From: an uncultured Gammaproteobacteria bacterium
Lineage (GTDB): Bacteria; Pseudomonadota; Gammaproteobacteria; CAWCPV01
Assembly (NCBI GenBank): GCA_963797555.1
Contig: CAWCPV010000005.1
Span: forward strand, 253,953-317,952
Direction of reading: 5' to 3'
Length of the DNA: 64,000 bases
How positions within the stretch are numbered: position 1 is the stretch's first letter; the number at the start of each line of letters is the position of its first letter. Shown here piece by piece: positions 56,436-64,000 of the stretch. Under the pieces are notes generated by a model. That model made no database searches, had not been told where the DNA came from, and saw only the letters and a list, made by a program, of their open reading frames with translations. The translations under genes and the position numbers were made by a program.

Positions 56436-57728
56436 TTAACCCTCCATACCTGCTGCCCGATTGACCACCTGGATGGCGTGCAGCGCACTGGCCGTCGCGC
56501 TCTGCACGGCTCGATTGACGTCCAGGGCGTCTTCCGCGCAGCCGGCCGCGAAGATGCCGCCGTTGGCGGGGTCGCGCTCGATGAAACCGTTGGGGTCCGC
56601 CATCACGTGCAGTCCGCCGGGGATAGCCGAGGCGGGCACGCTGGGCTCCATTCCGATGGCGAGCACCACCAGGTCATGGGGATTGTCGTAACGGTGATAG
56701 CCTTCGGTGTCCACGCCGTGCAGGATGGGATCCTTGGTCTCCCGGTCCTCGGTGATGTTCGCCACCTTGGACTTGATGAACTTGACGTTCGGGTCGGCTT
56801 TCACCTTGCGGTGGAAGTCGTCCAGGCGGTCGATGGCGCGGATGTCGATGTAGTAGACGTTGGCCTGGAAGTCGTCCGCGTACTTCTCCCGCAGGTACGT
56901 GGTCTGCTTGAGCGTCGCCATGCAGCAGATGCGCGAGCAGTGCGCCAAGTGGTTGCGGTCGCGCGAGCCGGCGCACTGGATGAAGGCGACGTTCTTCGCC
57001 TGCTTGCCGTCGGATGGCCGCACCAGCTTGCCGCCGGTGGGGCCGAACGGGTCCATCATGCGCTCGAATTCCACGCTGGTGATCACGTTGTCGAAGCGGT
57101 CGTAGCCGTAGGGCTGGATCTTGGCGGCGTCGTACGGCCTCCAGCCGGTCGCCCAGATGATGGCCCCGGCCTTGAGGCTGATCACCTCCTCCTGCATGTC
57201 GAGGTCGACGGCCCCATACTTGCAGGCCGCCTTGGCCTTCTCCGCGTCCGGCGTGCCGATGATGCGGGGGTCCAGCACGTAGCGCTGCGGGTACGCCATG
57301 TTGAACGGCAGATAGGCGCCCTTGCGCTTCTTCATGCCGTAGTTGAACTCGTCGTCGAACTCCGCCTCGACCGCGCTTGCGCATTCCCCGCACGCGGTGC
57401 AGTTGTCGTTGACGTAGCGGGGGTGGAGCTTCACGCTCACCGTGTAGTCGCCGGCCGTCCCGGAAACCTCGGCCACCTCCGCAAGCGTCAGCACCCGCAG
57501 GTTGCGGTTCGCCTTCATGCGCCGCAGGTTGATCTCCATGCCGCAGGTGGGATGGCAGAGCTTGGGAAAATACTTGTAGAGCTGGGCCACACGGCCGCCG
57601 AGGGAAGGGTTCTTCTCCAGCAGCACCACCTGTTTGCCGCACTCCGCAGCCTCCAATGCCGCAGTCATGCCGCTGATGCCGCCACCCACGACCAAGATGG
57701 TCTGGTTGGTTGCGATTACCTCCGTCAT
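56436..57728 (-). CDS. qmoA: QmoA (HdrA-like flavoprotein)
   Basis: GGGISGMTAALE, LGGRVAQLYKYFPKLCHPTCG, QCAGSRD..CSRICCM. Confidence 0.93.
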   Translation of the reverse strand: MTEVIATNQTILVVGGGISGMTAALEAAECGKQVVLLEKNPSLGGRVAQLYKYFPKLCHPTCGMEINLRRMKANRNLRVLTLAEVAEVSGTAGDYTVSVKLHPRYVNDNCTACGECASAVEAEFDDEFNYGMKKRKGAYLPFNMAYPQRYVLDPRIIGTPDAEKAKAACKYGAVDLDMQEEVISLKAGAIIWATGWRPYDAAKIQPYGYDRFDNVITSVEFERMMDPFGPTGGKLVRPSDGKQAKNVAFIQCAGSRDRNHLAHCSRICCMATLKQTTYLREKYADDFQANVYYIDIRAIDRLDDFHRKVKADPNVKFIKSKVANITEDRETKDPILHGVDTEGYHRYDNPHDLVVLAIGMEPSVPASAIPGGLHVMADPNGFIERDPANGGIFAAGCAEDALDVNRAVQSATASALHAIQVVNRAAGMEG

Positions 57729-58027
57729 CGACAGTCCTCCGTTGCGGACTCGGGTTATACTACCGGCGGGGCGAACCTGGGGCCTCGGGTGACGTGCTCC
57801 GAAGCTGCTTGGTGCAGCCGCTTGCGAGGGGTATCTCAGGTCCCTGGACAGGGCTTTCTAAGATAGCCCGAATGCGCCTTCGAGGCCATAGGAGAACGGG
57901 GCGGGCGCGATGGAAAATTCGAATGCGTGAATAGAGCCTTTGTATAACTCCCACCGGTAGAAGGGCCTTTCTCGGCGGCTGCCCGGCGGTTTCTGGAATT
58001 CTATAAAACTACAACGGCACTCGGAAC

Positions 58028-58855
58028 GTGGGTCCACCCTCCGTGCAAGCGCGCGCCCTCAAGCCCGAAGAGTACTTCATCGAGTCCGAGCCGTACTACG
58101 AGCCGGTTGGCCCCGAGATCGCCCTGTTCGAGGCCGCCTACCGCAACCGCCTGCCGGTGCTGTTGAAGGGGCCCACCGGCTGCGGCAAGACGCGCTTCAT
58201 GGAGTACATGGCCTGGCGCCTCGAGCGCCCCCTCATCACCGTCTCCTGTCATGACGACCTGACGGCGGCGGACTTGGTGGGCCGATTCCTGGTCGCGGGT
58301 GGCGAGACCGTCTGGGTGGACGGCCCGCTGGTGCGCGCCGTACGCGCCGGGGGTATCTGCTACTTGGACGAGATCGTCGAGGCGCGTAAGGACACCATGG
58401 TGGTCATCCATCCGCTCGCCGACGATCGGCGGGTGCTGCCGATGGAGAAGCGGGGCGAGCTGCTGCAGGCCCCGCCGGAGTTCTGCCTCGCCATCTCCTA
58501 CAACCCGGGCTATCAGAGCGTCCTCAAGGACCTCAAGCAGAGCACGCGTCAGCGCTTCGTGGCCTTGGAATTCGACTACCCGCGGCCCGATCTCGAGAAG
58601 CGCATCGTCATGCGTGAGAGCGGCCTGGACGACCTCACGGCGGAGCGCCTGGTCAAGTTTGCCGGGATGACGCGCAACCTGAAAGGGAGCGGCCTCGATG
58701 AGGGCGCCAGCACGCGCCTTCTGGTGCACGCCGGCAAGCTCATGGCGTCCGGGATCGATTCCGTCACAGCCTGCCGCGGCGCCATCGCCGAGGCCCTCAC
58801 CGACGACCCGGAGATGGTCGGCGGCATCCACGAAATGAGCGCGTCGCTGTTCTGA
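58028..58855 (+). CDS. CbbQ/NirQ/NorQ-family MoxR AAA+ ATPase
   Basis: [51 protein letters not shown]. Confidence 0.92.
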   Translation: MGPPSVQARALKPEEYFIESEPYYEPVGPEIALFEAAYRNRLPVLLKGPTGCGKTRFMEYMAWRLERPLITVSCHDDLTAADLVGRFLVAGGETVWVDGPLVRAVRAGGICYLDEIVEARKDTMVVIHPLADDRRVLPMEKRGELLQAPPEFCLAISYNPGYQSVLKDLKQSTRQRFVALEFDYPRPDLEKRIVMRESGLDDLTAERLVKFAGMTRNLKGSGLDEGASTRLLVHAGKLMASGIDSVTACRGAIAEALTDDPEMVGGIHEMSASLF

Positions 58856-59088
58856 TCGGGGCCGCCCGTGCCTCCAGGCAACATCCTGTCGTTTCCCCAC
58901 CGGTGCCCCCACGGATCGTGGCGGAGAGAGGGCGAAAAAGAACCGCGCCCGTTGTGCATTCGTCCCGGATCGCGCTCGGGTAGGGCGGACGGGCTCTCGC
59001 CGTACAGCGTCGCAGTCGGCCCTGCGACCGCGCCTGCCGCCCGTTTGGTTGCGATCAACCAACACTGAGGCAGAAATGCCGCTAAGCC

Positions 59089-59199
59089 TTGACACATTGC
59101 CCACAGTCGCGTACAGTTTGAGCGTACATGGCGCGTCTGTCGCGCCATGCAGGCGATAAGCGGAAATTCGCTTGACACGGTACGGCTGTTGTGTAAACT
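59089..59199 (+). promoter_or_regulatory. Two tandem near-consensus sigma70 promoters
   Basis: TTGACA-N17-TACAGT (59089-59117) and TTGACA-N16-TAAACT (59172-59199). Confidence 0.7.
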
Positions 59200-59295
59200 A
59201 CTCCCCATCCGCGGCCAGCGACTAACGGCGACGGGCCGGTCGGGGGCGAGGAAGTGATTGCCGTCAACATTGCCTTAACTAAGAAGGAGGCACAA

Positions 59296-60396
59296 ATGAG
59301 TAAGTTTCCAAAAAAGGCGGCTGCGGCCGCCGTGTCGATCGCTTTGGGGGCGGCGGTATCCGGTCCGGCCCGTGCGATAACTCTGGGTGAGCCGGGGGAC
59401 GCGCTGCTGGTTCCCTACGTCCTCTGGGATTCCCAGAACAACGTCAACACCCTCGTGGGGATCACCATTCCTCCTGCGATCGGGCTCGATCCGCAGTTCG
59501 GCAGCGGCGGGTCTCCCTACGAGACCGCGTTGGGAATCTATCAACAGGACCACCCCGGGCCGCTGCAACCTCGGGAGCAGCAACAGCAAACAGGCGGTCC
59601 ACTGGTATTTCTTCAACCAAGACAGCAATCATGTGCTCGACTTTTCTCTGCCGGCGACCTGCAACGATTTCGTGCCGTTCGACTGGGGCGCCATCGCGGC
59701 CTCGATCAACCCGGCGTTGACCGACGGGGTTACCGGCTATCTGGTCTTCACCCAGGACAATTTGGGCGGCCCGAATTCGCCTGCGAACCTGTTCTCGATG
59801 TTTGGCGATGCGGCCATCATCCAGGGCGACTGGGAGTCGGCGGCCTTCGTGCCGGTGGTCCCCCTGAACGACACGGCCGATACTGGGACGACGGCTAGTT
59901 ACACGGACAACGTTCATTACGGCCCGGGCCATATCCCGAGCCAGGTGTCGCCGCTCGTGGCCGGCATGCAGCTCGACGACGGCAGCGGCAATGTGAACGA
60001 GACCGTGCAGTGGAACATGCGCTACTTCCTGGGCGATCTCCACGCTCGAATCGAGCACGCGGTTCGTGATCTGGCTGGACACCGCCAACAGCAAGCGCGT
60101 CGTGCCTATCCACATGTGTGACGCCGACGAGGCCTGCGTCTCCGGCAGCCATCCCCTGCCGCACGAGCTGAATTGTGCTGGATGCGGCCGCCTATGGTGG
60201 GCAGCTTCGCGACGACCGGCTTCATGCGGGTGTCCTTTCCGGAGGAAGCAGATAGCGCTGCGGGCTTCTCGCATCGTGCAGGGGTTGCGTTCAGCCTGAT
60301 CTCCTTCAATGCCCGGGCAATCCTGTCCAGGTCCAGACTGCGCTCGCGCATGAAGAGGGTGTGTTTCCGTCCGCAGTGTCGGCCCCTAGCGGCTAA
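59296..60396 (+). CDS. Secreted putative cell-surface (S-layer-like) protein, ~365 aa, read through ~4 frameshifts
   Basis: AAGGAGG RBS, Sec signal (..PARA), LGEPGDALLVPY, VHWYFF, GYLVF, ends QVQTALAHEEG..SG*. Confidence 0.6.
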
Positions 60397-60446
60397 GGCG
60401 CCGGCGCCGAGCCAGAGGCCGTTCGCGCGGCGAGGCGTTCGAAGGC

Positions 60447-61643
60447 GTGGCGAATCCGGGTCGAAGGCAGCGCGGCTTGCCGCGCTGCCTTTTTTGTGGT
60501 TGGGGAGGCGTGCCGCTCGCTGCGCTGCTCGCCTTGGCGGGCTGCCACCGGGCTCCCCCGCCGCGCACCGAAGCGCTCCAGGCGGTGGCGGTCGGCGCCC
60601 CGGTGGATGCGCTGCTGGTGGACGACGTGGACGGGGACGGACGGCCGGATCTGGCCGTCACCTCCCACGGAGCGAGCTTCACGCAGATTTTCTATCAGCG
60701 GGCCGCCAGAAGCTTCCAGGCCGGCCCACGGGTGACGGTGCTGGGCTTCCACCCCTGGGGGCTGGTGCGGGTCCCCGGAGCGCAGCGCCTGTACCTCGGC
60801 AATGCCGAGGGGACGGGCAGGCTTGTGGTGCTCCGGCCCGAGGCCAGGGGGGGGCTCGCCGAACTCGGCGCCCTTCGGGTGCCGCAGCCGCGGTCCACTT
60901 CGTTGGTTCGCTGGCAGGGATGGGGGCTTTCGGCGGCGGTGACGCCTTACGCGGCGACTTCGGTCACCCTGCTGCGGGATCTCGATGCGGCCAAGGCGAC
61001 CGCAGGTGAGCGCTATCAGGTCGAGATCTCCCGGCGCGGCTCCCCGGGGGCGGCGGCAGTGGCCGAGCTGCGGCGCGGGGAGCCTGTGCTGGTGCTCGCG
61101 TCTCCGGAGGACAACGCAGTGTTCGCCATAGCCCGCCCCCGCGAGGGAGAGCCGCCCAAGGCGGACCTGCTGTGGCGATTCCAGGCCGGCTGGCCGCAAA
61201 AGGCGGTGCCGTTCGACGGACACGGCGCCCAGGATCTGGCGGTGCCCCTGCCGGTCACACGGGTCATCGCCTTGCTGATGAACGACGGCCAGGGGAACCT
61301 GAAGGCGGGTGAGCAGCTCTCCTTCCCGGGCAGCGGCCCGGTGGATGTGGCCGCCGGGACCGACCGGGACGGCAGCCGTTACCTGCTCGCGGGCGGGAAT
61401 CCGGGCTTGGTGCTGTACCGCCTCGGCAAGGGGGGCGCCGAGGCCCGCTCGGTGCCCTTCGGGCGCACCGCATACACGGTCGCCCTGATCGACTTGGACG
61501 GCGACGGCTGGCTGGATGCGGTGATAGGCGCTCGGGGCCGGAAGATAGAGGACGACGCGGTGTGGATTCTATACGGACCGCTCTGGTCGCAGGCCGCGAA
61601 GCTGGCCGGGGCGGGGCCGCCGGCGGAAGAGGTCAGGCGATGA
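60447..61643 (+). CDS. FG-GAP/VCBS-repeat lipoprotein (beta-propeller-like)
   Basis: Lipobox LAGC; DVDGDGRPDLAV and DLDGDGWLDAV Ca-binding repeats. Confidence 0.8.
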   Translation: MANPGRRQRGLPRCLFCGWGGVPLAALLALAGCHRAPPPRTEALQAVAVGAPVDALLVDDVDGDGRPDLAVTSHGASFTQIFYQRAARSFQAGPRVTVLGFHPWGLVRVPGAQRLYLGNAEGTGRLVVLRPEARGGLAELGALRVPQPRSTSLVRWQGWGLSAAVTPYAATSVTLLRDLDAAKATAGERYQVEISRRGSPGAAAVAELRRGEPVLVLASPEDNAVFAIARPREGEPPKADLLWRFQAGWPQKAVPFDGHGAQDLAVPLPVTRVIALLMNDGQGNLKAGEQLSFPGSGPVDVAAGTDRDGSRYLLAGGNPGLVLYRLGKGGAEARSVPFGRTAYTVALIDLDGDGWLDAVIGARGRKIEDDAVWILYGPLWSQAAKLAGAGPPAEEVRR

Positions 61644-62537
61644 GGGGGCTAAAGGTCTTGGCGGTGCTCATGGCGTGCGCCGCCGCTGGGGCGTTCGCCG
61701 GGGAGCAGAAGCAGGCGCCGCCGGCGCTGTTGCAGCCCCCGAAGGTCGTGATGGCGAAGGTGGGGGACCACGAGAATCACGGTGTCGGAGTTCATGACCT
61801 TCATCTCCCAGGATGCCAGCAGGGTGCGCCAGGCCCTGACCCCGACCGGCAAGGCCCAGTTGTTGAAAGAGCTTATCGTGGGGCGCCTCCTTTACCAAGC
61901 GGTGCGCCAGGAGGGCCTGCTGCCCGAGAGCAAGGAAGCGGTGAGCGGCGCGGAGTTGCACCAGGCTCTGGGGGAGCTGGCGAAGAAACACTTCCCCCCG
62001 CCAGCGCCGCCGACCGAGGGGGAGCTGCGAGCCTATTACGACGCCCACCGGGACCAGTTCGGCATCCCGGAGCTGGTGCGGGTGAGCCAAATCCAGTTCC
62101 GTGTGCCGTCGGGGGCCAAAGCCGCGGATTGGGAGGCCGCGAAGGGGCGCGCCGAGGCGGCGCTCGCCCGGCTGAAGGCCGGGGAGCCCTTCGACAAGCT
62201 GGCGGGGCGCTTGACGGAAAACCCAAGGGCACGGGAGAGCCAGGGCGATGTGGGATTTCTGCCGCTGCATGCCGACCCCTGGCTGGAGCAGGCAGTGGCG
62301 GGAATCAAGGTGGGTGAGCACACCGGCGTGCTCGAGTCCAAGGTGGGCTTCGAGATCCTGGAAGTCACCGATCGGCGCGCCTCGCTCGTCCCGCCGTATC
62401 AGGAAGTGCGGGACGCCGTGAAGCAGCGCTTCGTCGCCCAGCAACAACAGGCGGCGCGGCAGCGCTATGTCCGGCAGCTCGTCAAGGAGTTCGGGGTGAC
62501 CATCGAGATGAAGGAGCTGAAGGATGCCATGCCCTAG
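61640..62537 (+). CDS. Exported PpiC/parvulin-type foldase (SurA/PrsA-like), frameshift near 61770
   Basis: Signal peptide; AKVG..ITVSEF, YYDAH..F..PELVRVSQI, GEPFDKLA, GDVGF, GFEILEV. Confidence 0.82.
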
Positions 62538-63099
62538 ACGGTCATGGTGGTGGCTGTTCGCAGGGCTTTTGGCGCTGGCGGGCGCGGGCTGCGGCCGTTC
62601 CGAGGACCCGCAAGCTTCCCAGAAGGCGTTGCTGGAGCGGGCCACTGCGTACTGGCAGGCGCGTGCCGCCGGGGACCTCCCGACCCTCTACCGGATGGAG
62701 TCCGCGGCCCTGCCGGGCGGCTGGCTCAAGCCCGGGGGCGTGGCGGGCCTTGGGGGACAAATCGTCGTGACCAATCCAGTCATCGAGAAGGCGAAGGTCG
62801 AAGGCGACCAGGGGCAGGTGGTGGTCAAGGCCGACCTACGCGTCCCCGAGATGCAGTTCCGGAGTGGCTTCCTCGGCTCTCAAGTCACGGACCGTTGGGT
62901 CCGTGTCCACGGGGTCTGGTACCACAAGACCTTCGACCCGAAGACCATGGCGGGCGTCGGTGTGACCACGCGCCCCGACCTCAAGGGCCAGAGTCCAAAG
63001 GCCGGCGAAGCGAGGCTGCCGACGGGTGCACCCCCCGGCGAGAAGGCCGCGCCCGCCACTTCCCGTCCTACGCCAGCGCCCCTCCCGCAGCAGAAATAG
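62524..63099 (+). CDS. Hypothetical lipoprotein (NTF2-like pattern) with a Pro-rich tail
   Basis: Lipobox GAGC; ERATAYWQARAAGD..DRWVRVHGVWYH. Confidence 0.7.
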   Translation: MPCPRRSWWWLFAGLLALAGAGCGRSEDPQASQKALLERATAYWQARAAGDLPTLYRMESAALPGGWLKPGGVAGLGGQIVVTNPVIEKAKVEGDQGQVVVKADLRVPEMQFRSGFLGSQVTDRWVRVHGVWYHKTFDPKTMAGVGVTTRPDLKGQSPKAGEARLPTGAPPGEKAAPATSRPTPAPLPQQK

Positions 63100-63283
63100 C
63101 ACGCTGATACGCTGCAGGTGGCTCGCGTCCCAAACGCAGGATGGCTCGAGGCGACGCAAAACCTCGCAGACGACCGTCAGGCAGCCTGCTGGACAGCTAT
63201 CCAGAGGAGGCGCGCCGTTTTTCTTCGGCGCGGGCGACTGGAGCAGGCTTGCGGTACGCCCTCCCTGATGCTCATGCCGATGC

Positions 63284-63480
63284 ATGTCCGCAAGCCTGAC
63301 GCTCGAGATTGGGCTGCTGCAGATCGGGCAAGCCGAGCGATCCGTTGGGGTGGCCCGCCGGGTGCTCGCCCGCGAGCCGCGGCACGTCAGGGCGCTGGCT
63401 GCAAACCCGGTAGCGCTGCTCGCGCTGGGTCGTGCCCAGGAGGGGCTCAGCACAGGCAGCGATCGAGGGCGTCGATCAAC
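63284..63480 (+). pseudogene. TPR-like fragment
   Basis: LLQIGQAERSV..ARRVLAREPRHVRAL..ALLALGRAQEGL, then degenerate. Confidence 0.4.
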
Positions 63481-63750
63481 GTCTGGGTGCCTCGGTGCTG
63501 CATTTCCACTTGGGGCTTGGCTCGTCCTGCACGCGATGGGCCGCACTCCTGACACGCTGAAGGGTCGCAGCCAGAGCATGGAGCGTAGGCGGCCCGGAAC
63601 GATCGGCGGCGAGAGTTCCCCCCCGGCTCGGCACTGCCTTGGGGCTCTGCGTGTGCATCCTTGTACTCGATGGATCGGTCCTGCGCCGTCCTTACGTTGG
63701 TTCAACGTGCCCACCTGCACTGGGCACCTGAAGCCCCTCCGGGGGGCTGG

Positions 63751-64000
63751 TTGAGCACGACATTCGATAAAGGGGCCACGGCCGGGCACCCCGATACGAT
63801 CGAACAGGGCGGGGCTCTGCTCCGGGCCGGGCAATTTGCCGAGGCGGTCGAGCTCCTTGAACCATTCTGCCGGCGCGGTGCCAGTGCACAGGCTTGGGCG
63901 CTGCTCGGGTTAGCTTATGCCCGCCTGCGGCGCTTCGAACAGGGGTTCGAAGCGGTCGAGCAGGCCCTGGCGCTGCAGGCAAACGAGTCTACTGCCTTTA
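63751..64000 (+). CDS. TPR protein, 5' part (runs off the window; absent from the ORF track)
   Basis: TTG 63751 opens a frame reading ..ALLRAGQFAEAVELLE..AQAWALLGLAYARLRRFEQGFEAVEQALALQ.. Confidence 0.7.
   Translation, partial: MSTTFDKGATAGHPDTIEQGGALLRAGQFAEAVELLEPFCRRGASAQAWALLGLAYARLRRFEQGFEAVEQALALQANESTAF

Noticed and set aside
58028-58855. Calling the ATPase cbbQ and inferring a RubisCO or NO-reductase locus
   Set aside because: No cbbLS/cbbM/cbbO or nor genes are adjacent; only a family-level call is supported.

Overview
This is a GC-rich window from a Gammaproteobacterium, probably a sulfur oxidiser. Bases 1-13.8 kb are the conserved oriC-proximal block: mnmG(3')-rsmG-parA-parB-atpIBEFHAGDC-(SlyD-like PPIase)-glmU-glmS. 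An eroded accessory region follows (13.8-40 kb). It contains a two-cassette integron array without an integrase (one clear attC, and a second attC broken by a group IIC-attC intron remnant), IS903-like and IS91/tyrosine-recombinase remnants, a GT-C glycosyltransferase, an OmpR/HK pair, PAS and GGDEF-EAL sensors and a MalT/SARP-like regulator. It also holds a second group II intron remnant, an internally inverted alpha-2-macroglobulin fragment, chrA with a chrB remnant and a His-tailed DMT transporter. Next come otsBA, ppdK and a defence islet (two vapBC modules plus type III res-mod). The qmoAB-hdrCB cluster lies divergent from an orphan CbbQ/NirQ/NorQ ATPase. The window ends with a putative surface-protein (S-layer-like) operon: strong tandem promoters, a secreted Cys-containing protein, an FG-GAP lipoprotein, a PpiC foldase, a lipoprotein and TPR proteins. 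Many single-base frameshifts, even in parB, suggest uncorrected long-read errors, so pseudogene calls are provisional. All product calls come from motif recognition by eye; no database searches were run.
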